Source: Verrucomicrobiota bacterium (lineage in GTDB: Bacteria; Verrucomicrobiota; Verrucomicrobiia; Limisphaerales; UBA9464). From it: a DNA stretch of 47,817 nt. The stretch spans positions 1 through 47,817 of the forward strand of contig JAPLUH010000250.1 in the NCBI GenBank assembly GCA_026397675.1. Reading direction: 5' to 3'. The notes under the pieces were generated by a model that was not told the DNA's origin, did no database searches, and was given only the letters and a program-made list of their open reading frames with translations. Within the stretch, counting starts at the first letter, position 1. Each line of letters begins with the position of its first letter. Shown one piece after another: positions 1 to 10,013 of this stretch. Made by a program: the position numbers and the translations under genes.

Positions 1-90
1 AGCCTGTCCCTTTGGTGGAGCCTGTCCCTTTGGTGGAGCCTGTCCCTTTGGTGGAGCCTGTCCCTTTGGTGGAGCCTGTCCCTTTGGTGG
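1..90. repeat. Perfect 18-bp tandem repeat (AGCCTGTCCCTTTGGTGG) x5, cut by the window edge
   Basis: Five identical head-to-tail 18-mers at 1-90, followed by AGC and then unique sequence. The period is divisible by 3 and reads PPKGQA on the minus strand. Confidence 0.95.
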
Positions 91-129
91 AGCAGATTTT
101 TCGGTAGGAAACGAGGCCGAGTTTGGCAT
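1..129 (-). CDS. Partial hypothetical protein whose N-terminus carries (PPKGQA)n repeats; continues beyond the window
   Basis: A minus-strand ATG at 129-127 reads MPNSASFPTEKSA(PPKGQA)x5 with no stop through position 1. It is too short for the ORF track. It lies only 35 bp from the divergent glgB start, so coding status is uncertain. Confidence 0.3.
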   Translation of the reverse strand, partial: MPNSASFPTEKSAPPKGQAPPKGQAPPKGQAPPKGQAPPKGQA

Positions 130-164
130 TTCTCGCGTCGGCGATGCGGGTTTAACTCGAGGCC

Positions 165-2366
165 ATGTTGTTGACGCCGTCGGAACTGGACAGCCTGACG
201 CGCCTGATCCACCGCTCGCCGCACACGCTCCTGGGTTTGCATCCCTTGGGTGACGGGAGTGGTATGGTCGGGCGTGCGATGATTCCTGGGGCTGTGGCGG
301 TGCAGTTGGTGGCGGTCCATGACCGATCACAAGCCGTTCTCGATCTTCAGCGCCTAAATTTCAGCGATATCTTCGAAGGAATCCAACGTTCCGCCTCGCA
401 GGTGTATGCCTACGACTTGCGGATCCAGTGGGCCGACGGATCGGTCACCCAGGGGCGAGATCCCTACTCGTTCTGGCCCACGGTCTCCGAGAATGACCTC
501 CGCCTCTTCGGCGAAGGCAACCACCTGCGGTTGTACGAGGCGATGGGGGCGCGGTGCCTGACTTTAGACGGTGTGAGTGGCGTCGCCTTTGCCGTCTGGG
601 GCCCGAGTGCCCGGCGGATGTCTGTGGTGGGCGATTTCAATGGGTGGGATGGCCGGCGTCATCCCATGCGGCAACTGGGATCTAGCGGCGTCTGGGAGAT
701 TTTCATTCCAGGGGTGCGCGAAGGAGCGTTGTACCAGTTCGAAATGCTCGACGCCCAGGGGCACATTAAGATCAACACCGACCCGATGGGGTCGGCCTTC
801 GAATTGCCTCCGCAGAGGGCGGCTGTGGTGTGGGACACCCGCCAGTTTACCTGGACCGATGAGGCGTGGATGGAGCGCCGCCGCCAGACGAATGCGTTGC
901 GCTCTCCGATGAGCATCTACGAGCTGCATATCGGCTCCTGGAAGAAAAAATCCGTCAGCGAATCGCTCGGCTATCGGGAGTTGGCTGAGCCTTTGATCGA
1001 ATACTTGCGGAGCACGGGGTTCACCCATGTCGAGTTGATGCCGGTGGCTGAGCACGCTTTTTACCCCAGTTGGGGATATCAGGTGACGGGCTTCTACGCG
1101 CCGACGCGCCGCTATGGCACCCCGGATGATCTTCAATACCTAATCAACGCTCTGCATGAGGCCGGCTACGGAGTTCTCATTGACTGGGTTCCCGCTCACT
1201 TTCCCAAGGACGATTGGGCGCTGGCCCGCTTCGATGGAACGGCCCTCTACGAGCACGAAGATCCGCGCCAGGGCGAGCATCAGGACTGGGGCACGTTGAT
1301 CTTTAACTTCGGTCGGAATGAGGTGTCCAACTTCCTCATCGCCAACGCCCTGAGTTGGTGCGACCGCTACCATGTGGATGGCCTGCGCGTAGACGCTGTG
1401 GCCTCCATGCTCTACCTCGACTATTCCCGCAAGGAAGGCCAGTGGATCCCCAACCAGCACGGCGGTCGCGAGAATTTGGAAGCCGTCGAATTCCTACGGC
1501 GATTCAACCATCATGTCGGAGTCGAGTTCCCGGGCGTGGTCACTGTGGCCGAAGAGAGCACCTCTTGGCCCATGGTGTCGCGGCCTCCGTGGATTGGTGG
1601 TCTTGGTTTCACCCTGAAGTGGAACATGGGCTGGATGCACGACACGCTGGGTTATTTCGGTCGGGATCCCATCCATCGGCGCTACCATCAAAATGACCTC
1701 ACTTTCGCCATGCTCTACCAAGGGCATGAGAATTTCGTGCTGCCGCTCTCGCATGATGAAGTGGTCCACGGAAAGGGTTCGCTCCGTCGCCGCATGCCGG
1801 GTGATGACTGGCAGGCCTTCGCCAACTTGCGCACAGTGCTGGGTTATCAGTGGTTCTTCCCAGGCAAGAAGTTGATCTTCATGGGTGGCGAGTTGGGTCA
1901 GGTGACCGAGTGGAATGTGAATGGTGAGGTGGATTGGGGGCTTCTGCAGCAGGGCCCTTTCCATGCCGGTGTCCAGCGTTGGGTGAGTGATTTGAATCAC
2001 GCGTATCGGTCTGAACCGGCCCTTTGGCGCGGGGATTACGAGCCGGACGGGTTCCAATGGATCGACAACGGGGATCACGCCAACAGTGTGCTGAGTTTCA
2101 TCCGGTCCGACCGGGAAAGCGGCGGGTGTGTGCTGGTCGTTCTAAACCTGACCCCGACCTTGCATCGCAACTACCGGGTCGGTTTGCCGCGGCCGGGTCG
2201 ATGGAGTGAATTGCTCAACTCCGACGCCACGGTTTACGGAGGCGGCAACCAGGGCAATGCGGGCGGTGTTGTTGCTGAACCCATTGCATGCCACGGGCAG
2301 CCCCACTCGGCCGAATTCGTCCTCCCACCCTTGAGCGTGTGCGCGTTCCGGGCGTTGGGTCAGTGA
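165..2366 (+). CDS. glgB: 1,4-alpha-glucan branching enzyme
   Basis: 733-aa ORF with GH13 catalytic motifs (DWVPAHF, GLRVDAVASMLY, VAEESTSWP, LPLSHDEVVHGK) and a typical GlgB N-terminal region. Confidence 0.95.
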   Translation: MLLTPSELDSLTRLIHRSPHTLLGLHPLGDGSGMVGRAMIPGAVAVQLVAVHDRSQAVLDLQRLNFSDIFEGIQRSASQVYAYDLRIQWADGSVTQGRDPYSFWPTVSENDLRLFGEGNHLRLYEAMGARCLTLDGVSGVAFAVWGPSARRMSVVGDFNGWDGRRHPMRQLGSSGVWEIFIPGVREGALYQFEMLDAQGHIKINTDPMGSAFELPPQRAAVVWDTRQFTWTDEAWMERRRQTNALRSPMSIYELHIGSWKKKSVSESLGYRELAEPLIEYLRSTGFTHVELMPVAEHAFYPSWGYQVTGFYAPTRRYGTPDDLQYLINALHEAGYGVLIDWVPAHFPKDDWALARFDGTALYEHEDPRQGEHQDWGTLIFNFGRNEVSNFLIANALSWCDRYHVDGLRVDAVASMLYLDYSRKEGQWIPNQHGGRENLEAVEFLRRFNHHVGVEFPGVVTVAEESTSWPMVSRPPWIGGLGFTLKWNMGWMHDTLGYFGRDPIHRRYHQNDLTFAMLYQGHENFVLPLSHDEVVHGKGSLRRRMPGDDWQAFANLRTVLGYQWFFPGKKLIFMGGELGQVTEWNVNGEVDWGLLQQGPFHAGVQRWVSDLNHAYRSEPALWRGDYEPDGFQWIDNGDHANSVLSFIRSDRESGGCVLVVLNLTPTLHRNYRVGLPRPGRWSELLNSDATVYGGGNQGNAGGVVAEPIACHGQPHSAEFVLPPLSVCAFRALGQ

Positions 2367-2523
2367 CGGTCGTGTTCCGTTCGGAGACCTTCCGCGAGCC
2401 TCGTGTTTGGATTGTGGAATTTTAAGTTTCCACGCGATGTAGGCGCGTTGCGAATTTGTCCTCGGGTTTGTGCGATTGATCGGCGGCGGATTCGTTGGGA
2501 TGCTCTTGTCGGCCCATTGCCCC

Positions 2524-4320
2524 ATGGCACTTGTCTCGCAAAGCACTCTTGAGCAAATCCGCGCTGCCAACGACATCGTCGATATCATTGGCGCGCATGT
2601 TCCGTTGAAGCGCAATGGCGCCAACTTCGTGTGCCTGTGCCCGTTCCACAAAGAGAAGTCTCCGAGCTTCAATGTGAATCCCTCGCGGCAAATCTTCCGT
2701 TGCTTCGGCTGCGGGAAGGGCGGGGATGTGTTTGCCTTCGTTAAAGAGTACGAAAACCTAGATTTCATGGACGCTGTCCGGCGCTTGGCCGAACGCGCGC
2801 GGATTCCGCTGGAGATGGCCAATGATCCTGCCGTCCGAGACCAGCGATCCATCAAGGATCAGTTGCTCAAGCTCCACGAGGCTATCACCCAGCGATGGCA
2901 GCAGTGTCTGGCCGGTGAAGCCGCCGGTCAGGTGGCCCGGGAGTATCTGGAGCGCCGCGGAGTCCACCCGGATGCCATTCGTGAATTCCGCGTCGGCGCT
3001 GCGCCCGAGGCTTGGGATGACACGGTGAACTGGGCCAAGGCCAAGGGGTTTTCACCCGAGTTGTGCGAAACGGCCGGACTTATCTTACGCCGGGATTCCG
3101 GTGGTTGGTACGATCGCTTCCGTGGGCGGCTGATGTTCCCGATTTGCGATGAACAGGGGCGGGTCATCGCCTTCAGTGGGCGCGTGCTGCAAGGTGACGA
3201 GAAGCAGGCCAAGTACGTCAATTCGCCCGAGACGCCCATCTTCAGCAAGGGCCGGGTGCTCTTCGCCCTCGACAAGGCCAAGCGTTCCATTCTTGACGCG
3301 GGAAAGGCCATTCTTGCTGAGGGACAGTTGGACACCATCGCCTGCCACGCGGCCGGGATTCGCAATGTCGTGGCCCCGCAAGGCACCGCATTCACGGCCG
3401 ACCAGGCCCGGGTGCTCAAGCGCTATGTCGACGAGGTCGTGCTGTGCTTCGATGGCGACAAGGCCGGCCGCGACGCCGTAATCCGGGCCTTGGATCCGCT
3501 CCTAGCGGCCGGGTTGGCCATTCGCGTGGCCAGCATTCCGCCTCCGGATGATCCGGATTCGTGGATCCGGGCCCACGGTGCAGAATCCTTTCAAGCCCTC
3601 CTTAACCGTGCCCAGGGCATCTTCGACTTCTATTTGCAGGGTTTGTGTTCCGGAAACGACATCGCCTCTGATCGTGGTCGCTTGGTCGTGCTGCGGTCGA
3701 TGGGCGAGGCCGTGCACAAGACGGCCAACGCCGTGCTGATTGACACGTATGCCCAACGGACCGCGCAACGTCTGGGGGTGGATGTGCAGGCGGTGCGGGC
3801 TGAGTTCCGCAAGCAGGCCGCCGGAGCCAAGCCGCGGTATGAGCGAACAGACGAGGCCCCCCCTCTGACGGAACCGGACTCGCCGATCGTTCAAGAACGG
3901 CCCGGGGTCAATGAACTGTGGTTGCTCAAGTACGTCTTCCTGTCGTCCGAATTGCAGAATTTCGCCGCCGTTCATCTGGAGCCCGATTGGGTGCCGAACC
4001 CGGCGGTCCAGCGGATTCTCGCAGTGCATTTTCAGACTGGAGGTGACGTGGTTGGGTTGCTGAGCCGCTTTGAGGAAGATCCGTTCGCCCAGTCTCTCAT
4101 CACTGAAACGGCCACCGAGCAGCGGGAAATTCCCGAGCCCGAGCGTCAGTTGGCCGACGTCATTCGCCGCCTTCGGGATGTTTGGCTGGATCGTCAGATC
4201 GCCGTGCGCAATGGACGACTGGGCGATACCACTCTGGACGACGACGATCGGATGGTCCTCCTCTCCGAATTGCAGGCGTTGCGTCTTCGTAAGCGAAGCC
4301 CATTGGAACCCATTCCCTAA
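2524..4320 (+). CDS. dnaG: DNA primase
   Basis: Zinc ribbon CPFHKEKSPSFNVNPSRQIFRCFGCGKGGD and TOPRIM motifs (EGQLD, FDGDKAGRDA). The ATG at 2524 (MALVSQSTLEQIR) is preferred over the GTG at 2470 used by the ORF track. Confidence 0.93.
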   Translation: MALVSQSTLEQIRAANDIVDIIGAHVPLKRNGANFVCLCPFHKEKSPSFNVNPSRQIFRCFGCGKGGDVFAFVKEYENLDFMDAVRRLAERARIPLEMANDPAVRDQRSIKDQLLKLHEAITQRWQQCLAGEAAGQVAREYLERRGVHPDAIREFRVGAAPEAWDDTVNWAKAKGFSPELCETAGLILRRDSGGWYDRFRGRLMFPICDEQGRVIAFSGRVLQGDEKQAKYVNSPETPIFSKGRVLFALDKAKRSILDAGKAILAEGQLDTIACHAAGIRNVVAPQGTAFTADQARVLKRYVDEVVLCFDGDKAGRDAVIRALDPLLAAGLAIRVASIPPPDDPDSWIRAHGAESFQALLNRAQGIFDFYLQGLCSGNDIASDRGRLVVLRSMGEAVHKTANAVLIDTYAQRTAQRLGVDVQAVRAEFRKQAAGAKPRYERTDEAPPLTEPDSPIVQERPGVNELWLLKYVFLSSELQNFAAVHLEPDWVPNPAVQRILAVHFQTGGDVVGLLSRFEEDPFAQSLITETATEQREIPEPERQLADVIRRLRDVWLDRQIAVRNGRLGDTTLDDDDRMVLLSELQALRLRKRSPLEPIP

Positions 4321-4385
4321 AGCCCGATTGGAAGCCGTATTCCGATCTGCTTTTGTATTGATCCGTGGGATCTTGGAATCTCGGT

Positions 4386-4415
4386 TTGACAGAGAAGGGG
4401 GGGAACGAGTTTTAT
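4386..4415 (+). promoter_or_regulatory. Putative sigma70-type promoter for tRNA-Glu
   Basis: Perfect -35 TTGACA at 4386-4391, an 18-nt spacer, then TTTTAT at 4410-4415. This places the start about 10 nt before the tRNA 5' end at 4428. Confidence 0.3.
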
Positions 4416-4427
4416 CTCCTTCTGGAC

Positions 4428-4502
4428 GGCGCGCTCGTCTATCGGCTAGGACACGGCCCTCTCAAGGCTGAAAGACGGGTTCAATTCCCGTGCGCGCTAC
4501 CA
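4428..4502 (+). tRNA. tRNA-Glu (anticodon CUC), CCA encoded
   Basis: Manual cloverleaf: acceptor GGCGCGC/GCGCGCT (G1-U72), D stem GTCT/GGAC, anticodon stem CGGCC/GGCTG, loop CTCTCAA, T arm ACGGG-TTCAATT-CCCGT, discriminator A plus CCA. Total 75 nt. Confidence 0.85.
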
Positions 4503-5025
4503 TCCTCACCCCCCCTTCCTCAAGCACCCCTCAGGCTGCTTTTCCCGATCAATACGGTTCTCACGGCAATTCGGGACAATGACGAGCTTGGGATAATTTC
4601 ATCCGGTCCGTTCGGCTTACAAAAGCCTTTCCAGTCTTTCCTCATTGGCTCTCAGGACGCCGAGCGACTTTAAATTTAGTCTCCTGAATAGCCGTTTCAG
4701 CGGTCTGTCTATCCGTTAGCCACGCACAGGCTCCTTTCCAAGGTCGCTTTAGAAACCACCGAAATCAGGGACAGGCTTGATGGATGTGGGATGGGCTGTT
4801 TTATCTCTGTGGGTGACCTGTTTTGTCTAAATGTCTCGGAATGAGGGTGAAACGGGGTTTTAAACTGAAAATATAACGCTAAAGATACACATTATCTGAG
4901 CAAGTAGGCTGGGACTTGGTAAGCAGTGAGAGAGGGTAGAGCCTGTTTCCGGCTTAACGAGTGGCTCGGGAATCTATTGCATCCACCGGCTTTTGAATGA
5001 GAAGATTTCATCGTTTCCGCGATGA

Positions 5026-5367
<342 letters not shown>

Positions 5368-5380
5368 TCGTCATTCCCGC

Positions 5381-6790
5381 ATGAACTGGTTTCGCATGTT
5401 TGCGGCATTTCTGTCCGCGGCCCTCGTGTTGTTGCCCTCGACCTCTGCTGCCGCCGCCGAGCCCGGGGTCGAGCAGCGTCTGGCAGATCTGGAGGCCTAT
5501 GTCCGTAACTCGGCTCCGACTGGCCCTCTGCAGGGGATCCCGGGTCCCGGTCACAACGGCTGGATGATGATGAGTGCGGGTATGGTGCTGTTCATGAGTC
5601 TTCCGGGTTTGGCGCTATTTTATGGCGGTTTGGTACGCCGCAAGAATGTCCTTTCAGTTATGGCGCAGTGCCTGGGATTGGCAGGAGTGGTGGGGGTGAT
5701 GTGGTGGGCCTTTGGCTATTCGGTCAGTTTTGCACCTGGGTCGCCGTGGCTTGGCGGTTTCCAATGGGCGGGGTTCGCCGGAGTCAATGCCGACCCCAAT
5801 GCCGACTACGGCCCATGGGTCTCCCACAATGTCTTTGCCATGTATCAAATGATGTTCGCCATCATTACCCCGGCGCTGATCGTGGGAGCCATCGCTGAGC
5901 GGATGCGGTTCAGTGCTCTGCTGGTTTTTTGTATCGCTTGGATGATCATCGTTTATTTTCCGGTCACCCACATGATGTGGGGAGTCGGGGGATGGATGAA
6001 TGGGCTCTGGAACGCCAAGGCTGCGATCCGGGCGATTGATTTTGCCGGAGGCATTGTTGTTCACATGACTTCTGGTTGGAGCGCCTTGGCGCTCTGCCTA
6101 TTGCTCGGGCCTCGCCGAGGTTTTGGACGTGAACACATTCAACCGCACAGCATGGTCTTGTGCATGGTAGGGACGGGCATGCTGTGGTTCGGATGGTATG
6201 GGTTTAATGCCGGCAGCGCCGTCGCGGCAGACAAGATCGCCGCCAATGCCTTCACTGCCACCACCTTGAGTGCGCTGGCGGGTCTGCTAACCTGGGGCGT
6301 CCTAGAACGTGTGATCCGCGGACGCTCGTCGGTCTTGGGTCTTTGTTCCGGGGCGGTCGCAGGACTGGCGACGATCACACCGGCCAGCGGTTTTGTGACA
6401 CCCACCGGGGCCATGATCATTGGCCTTTTGGCCGGGCTTTCCACGTTCTGGGCCTGCAGTTGGCTCAAGGCTCGTTTTCACTACGACGATTCTCTCGATA
6501 CGTTCGGGGTTCATGCCGTCGGTGGTACCGTTGGGACGGTCATGGCCGGCGTGCTGGCAACCTCCGATATTAACCCCAACCTCAAAGCTGATTGGATTCT
6601 ACCGCTGGTGGGCCGATCTCTTTGGTGGGAACAAATAAAAGCCGGCGGAATGGTTTTGGTCTTCTCAGTGGTCGCCACAGTTATTCTCTACTGGGTGATC
6701 GATCGATTGATGGGATGCCGAGTCTCGGAGGATATCGAGGACCAGGGACTCGACCTCGCCGAGCACGGCGAAGAGGGTTACACGCACTGA
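5381..6790 (+). CDS. amtB: Ammonium transporter
   Basis: Amt/MEP motifs DFAGGIVVHMTSG and GVHAVGGTVG. The ATG at 5381 gives the signal peptide MNWFRMFAAFLSAALVLLPSTSAAAA. The ORF-track start at 5285 would overlap glnK. Confidence 0.93.
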   Translation: MNWFRMFAAFLSAALVLLPSTSAAAAEPGVEQRLADLEAYVRNSAPTGPLQGIPGPGHNGWMMMSAGMVLFMSLPGLALFYGGLVRRKNVLSVMAQCLGLAGVVGVMWWAFGYSVSFAPGSPWLGGFQWAGFAGVNADPNADYGPWVSHNVFAMYQMMFAIITPALIVGAIAERMRFSALLVFCIAWMIIVYFPVTHMMWGVGGWMNGLWNAKAAIRAIDFAGGIVVHMTSGWSALALCLLLGPRRGFGREHIQPHSMVLCMVGTGMLWFGWYGFNAGSAVAADKIAANAFTATTLSALAGLLTWGVLERVIRGRSSVLGLCSGAVAGLATITPASGFVTPTGAMIIGLLAGLSTFWACSWLKARFHYDDSLDTFGVHAVGGTVGTVMAGVLATSDINPNLKADWILPLVGRSLWWEQIKAGGMVLVFSVVATVILYWVIDRLMGCRVSEDIEDQGLDLAEHGEEGYTH

Positions 6791-6876
6791 GCCACCGCTG
6801 AGCCAGACGCACTCAATCGGGTCGGTGGCGATCATGCCCCCGACCCGAGATGTGCGACTAAATTCAAGCCCGCGCC

Positions 6877-8172
6877 TCAGACGGGCAACGGCCAACGGAA
6901 GGTGGACTTCAAAGGAATAGTCCGACCGCTGGCCGAGGAGGCGCGAGCCGCGGTGATGATTTCCAGGACGTGGAGAGCCTGTTCTGGGGTGGCCAAGAGT
7001 TCACGGCCCGTCGACAGGCATTCCGCTGCTAGGGCAGCTCCCTGTTGCCATATATATCCGCCGGGTTCGGTGCATTCCCGAACCAATTGGGGACGGTCCA
7101 GCGTGGCCCACTCAACGCCCTGCGGGGCCCAATCGTAACCGACCAGCCCTACGTAACCGCGACTGCCGGTGATCTGGATCGTGTGCCGTTTCTCACCACT
7201 GCCGTCATGCCCGTGGGGGTTGAAGTAGTTGAAGCCCGACTGAACATGCGAGAGGACGCCCTTGCCGTGGTCTAGTAGCACCATGGCGTTGTCCTCCTCG
7301 GTGACCTGGATCTTGCCCTTTTCGTGGATGGTCCGCTCTGGGGTGACGATGCTCAGGAGGGCTGTGACCCTCCGGACCGGTCCCAGCAGTCCGGTGAGGC
7401 TGGTGAGGTTGTAGACCGCCAGATCCGGAAGGCTGCCTCCGCCCTTTTCGTAGAAGAACGACGACCAATCCGGACCTTCGTGCCCGTAGAAGGCGTGTGC
7501 TGCGGCAATGCGACCCAAATCACCGGAGGCCACTTTACGGGCCATGAAGGCAAACTGCGGGCTCTGCACGGTGATGGGCGCGCCCCAGAGCCGGAGTTTG
7601 CGCCGCAGGGCCAAACGCAGCAGTTGCTGTCCTGCCTCCAGGCTGTTGGCGATGGGCTTCTCGCTCCACACATGCTTGCCAGCCTGAAGGGCGCGTCGGT
7701 TGATGGCCTCGTGGGCCTGCATGTCGGTGAGGTCGATGAGGAATTCGAAGGGTTCCCCGGCCAGCATAGCCTCGATGCTTGGGTAGTGGTGGGGCACCTG
7801 ATACGCTTCGGACTGTTTCCGTGCCCGCTCCGGTCGGATGTCAGCGACACTGACTAGTTCAATAAACGGACAACGCTTGAGGACAGGAAGGTACTGGTTG
7901 GACACGCTGCCGCAGCCGATGACTCCGGTCCGAATGCGACGGATTCCGGGCTCCGCAGCCTTCAGCGAAGACTCCCAGGGAGCCGCCGCGAACGCTCCGG
8001 CAGTCAGTAGGAAAGCCTTGGCAAAGTCGCGACGGGAAATGGTGGCAGAGACGGGTTCGGAAGAGTTCACGTGGGGTTGGGTATTTGTTTTTCGAATAGC
8101 TCCCAGAACCGGCTCCTGCAAGGTGAGACTGAAGAGGCGGGTGCACGACGAAGGCCGCCCGAAGGAATCCAT
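6877..8172 (-). CDS. Tat-exported Gfo/Idh/MocA family oxidoreductase
   Basis: Twin-arginine motif SRRDFAKAFLLTAGAFAAAP, Rossmann motif GVIGCGSVS and an EKP motif (WSEKP). The true start may be the GTG at 8070 (VNSSEPVSATISRRDF). Confidence 0.85.
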   Translation of the reverse strand: MDSFGRPSSCTRLFSLTLQEPVLGAIRKTNTQPHVNSSEPVSATISRRDFAKAFLLTAGAFAAAPWESSLKAAEPGIRRIRTGVIGCGSVSNQYLPVLKRCPFIELVSVADIRPERARKQSEAYQVPHHYPSIEAMLAGEPFEFLIDLTDMQAHEAINRRALQAGKHVWSEKPIANSLEAGQQLLRLALRRKLRLWGAPITVQSPQFAFMARKVASGDLGRIAAAHAFYGHEGPDWSSFFYEKGGGSLPDLAVYNLTSLTGLLGPVRRVTALLSIVTPERTIHEKGKIQVTEEDNAMVLLDHGKGVLSHVQSGFNYFNPHGHDGSGEKRHTIQITGSRGYVGLVGYDWAPQGVEWATLDRPQLVRECTEPGGYIWQQGAALAAECLSTGRELLATPEQALHVLEIITAARASSASGRTIPLKSTFRWPLPV

Positions 8173-8205
8173 TGTGCCCGAAGCCGGGACATCGTCCCGA
8201 CGGGC

Positions 8206-8643
8206 TCAGCGCCCCTTCACGGGCTTGTGTCCGGCCGCTTCCCACGCGGTGATGCCGCCGGAAAGGTTCAGGACCTTTTCGAACTTTAGGCTGTCCATCT
8301 GGCCGCAGGCTTTGGCGCTTCGGCCGCCCACGGCGCAATGGACGAGGTAGGTCTTGGACTTATCCATGCCAGCGAGCGTCTCAGCAAACTTGCCTCCGCG
8401 GATGTCCAGGTTGATGGCACCCTGCATGTGGCCGTCGGCGTATTCTTCGGCGGTGCGCACATCCAGCACCACCACCTTAGCGTCCTTCCGCAGCGTCTCC
8501 CACTCGGCGACGTCCACGTTCCGGAACCGTTTGGTGGCGGGTGCCTCGGCCGGCGTCTTCGTGGCGGCTTTGTCCGCGGCGGTTGCCGGGAGGCAGAGGC
8601 TGGCCATGGATGCGGCCAAGAGGCACAGGAGGGTCTTCATCAA
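8206..8643 (-). CDS. Secreted single-domain rhodanese-like sulfurtransferase
   Basis: Sec signal MMKTLLCLLAASMASLCLPATA and a rhodanese fold with catalytic loop HCAVGGRS. Confidence 0.85.
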   Translation of the reverse strand: MMKTLLCLLAASMASLCLPATAADKAATKTPAEAPATKRFRNVDVAEWETLRKDAKVVVLDVRTAEEYADGHMQGAINLDIRGGKFAETLAGMDKSKTYLVHCAVGGRSAKACGQMDSLKFEKVLNLSGGITAWEAAGHKPVKGR

Positions 8644-8680
8644 AGGGGCGGTGAGGGTTTAAGTTTGCTCGAACCGCCGC

Positions 8681-9967
8681 TCAGGAAAGCTTCCAACCGG
8701 GGCGGTAGTCGTGATGGATCCAACGGTCGGCTTCAGGCACACCCCGGGCGCGCAGGTGTTTGGCATCCCACTCAATGACCTTGCCGGTACGGAAGGCGAG
8801 GTTGCCGAGTTGTCCGATTTCGGTCAGGTGGCAGCCGTAGGTCAACGGGGAGTCTGTCTTACCGACGCCCTTGCAGGCAGCGATCCACTCTTCGTGATGG
8901 CCGATGGAATCTGGAATGGAATGGGGCGGGGGAGTCGAACCGCGGAACTGTTCTTCGGGCAGCAAGACGTATCGCCCATAGTCGGCCAAGAGCATGCCCT
9001 TGTCGCCGACGAAGAGCGTGCCACCTCCCCACTTGGAAAGGTCGGGAGCTCCAGCAACCTGGGGACGCTTGGCACCGCTGTACCAGTGCATGCGCACGGC
9101 CGGGGCATTGCCGCGGGCCGGGAAGTCATAATGAACGATCATCCACGGCGGTGCACAGTGGGCGTCGGGGGCGGGCCCCTCGGCTTGGATGCGCGTTGGC
9201 AGTGGCAGATTTAGCGCCCACACGCCCAGATCCATGTGATGGCAGCAGAAGTCCGACAGGGTGCCGCCTCCGAAATGCCACCAACGGCGCCAATTGAAGT
9301 GCACCCACTCCGAGCTGTAGGGCATGGGTTTCACGGGCCCCAGCCAGAGGTCGTAGTCGATATTAGACGGAACAGGCTGGACACCGGGCAGCGGCTTGGT
9401 TTCCCAAACCGATCCGGTCCAGTGGTGCACTTCACGGACCGCTCCGATGGTGCCCGCGCGAATTAATTCCACCACGCGCCGGTAGTTGGCACCGGAGTGG
9501 ATTTGGTTGCCGGTTTGGGTGACCAATCCGGAGTGTGTGACTTTCGCAGCCAGGGCGCGGGCCTCGGAAATGGTGTGGGTGACAGGCTTTTCGCAATAAA
9601 GAGGACGCCCTGAAGCCAGCACCGCCGTGGCGATCACCGCATGGCTGTGATCGGGCGTGCTCACCACGATGCCGTCGAGATCGGTGCGGTCGAGCAAGCG
9701 TCGGAAGTCGGCGTACTTAGTCGCGCCCGGGTGCTTGGCTGCGGCCGCCCCGAGCCGATCCGAGTCGATGTCGCACAGCGCGACGATGTTCTGGCTGGAG
9801 ACCCCCGCCAGGTTTTCTCCACCCCGTCCAGCCACTCCGATGACACCCAGGTTGAGCTTTGCGTTCGGGGACACCTTGCGGGCCACCCGTGGTGCATGGC
9901 AACCGGCCGCGGCGGCGGCTCCGGCGATGGCGGCGGAACGAAGGAACTGACGTCGATTGAGAGACAT
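8681..9967 (-). CDS. Tat-exported Gfo/Idh/MocA family oxidoreductase (GH109-like architecture)
   Basis: The ATG at 9967 gives [23 protein letters not shown], a Tat motif with a possible lipobox. Rossmann GVIGVAGRGG and a CEKP motif are present. The ORF-track start at 10063 would overlap the upstream gene. Confidence 0.85.
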   Translation of the reverse strand: MSLNRRQFLRSAAIAGAAAAAGCHAPRVARKVSPNAKLNLGVIGVAGRGGENLAGVSSQNIVALCDIDSDRLGAAAAKHPGATKYADFRRLLDRTDLDGIVVSTPDHSHAVIATAVLASGRPLYCEKPVTHTISEARALAAKVTHSGLVTQTGNQIHSGANYRRVVELIRAGTIGAVREVHHWTGSVWETKPLPGVQPVPSNIDYDLWLGPVKPMPYSSEWVHFNWRRWWHFGGGTLSDFCCHHMDLGVWALNLPLPTRIQAEGPAPDAHCAPPWMIVHYDFPARGNAPAVRMHWYSGAKRPQVAGAPDLSKWGGGTLFVGDKGMLLADYGRYVLLPEEQFRGSTPPPHSIPDSIGHHEEWIAACKGVGKTDSPLTYGCHLTEIGQLGNLAFRTGKVIEWDAKHLRARGVPEADRWIHHDYRPGWKLS

Positions 9968-10013
9968 GGTGGATTTCCTGGGGCTGCGGTTCAGTCGATA
10001 TGGGTGATCCGGA

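Noticed and set aside
1-90. Possible CRISPR array at the window start
   Set aside because: The repeats are directly abutting 18-mers with no spacers, so this is a simple tandem repeat.
2470-2523. Upstream alternative starts in the ORF track for dnaG (2470), amtB (5285), the oxidoreductase (10063), def (14764), mcsA (18191), mutY (23214), rplF, rplO, rpsM, the superoxide dismutase (40682) and the DUF1080 protein (42598)
   Set aside because: The extensions overlap neighbouring genes or add non-conserved residues ahead of canonical N-termini or signal peptides. Internal ATG or GTG starts that match family N-termini were preferred.
4365-4673. 102-aa ORF overlapping tRNA-Glu, and likewise 37989..38321 and 38092..38385 overlapping tRNA-Pro
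   Set aside because: They read through tRNA genes (for example the ...VAGSNPV... signature) and have no coding-like features.
4962-4981. Sigma54-like TGGC...TTGCA element upstream of glnK (TGGCTCGGGAATCTATTGCA)
   Set aside because: The GG-to-GC spacing is 4 nt longer than in the -24/-12 consensus (TGGCACG-N4-TTGCW), so it cannot be a functional RpoN promoter as written.
6817-6848. 9-bp hairpin TCGGGTCGG...CCGACCCGA between the convergent amtB and oxidoreductase genes, as a possible terminator
   Set aside because: It has a 14-nt loop and no U-tract on either strand, so the support is too weak to annotate as a terminator.
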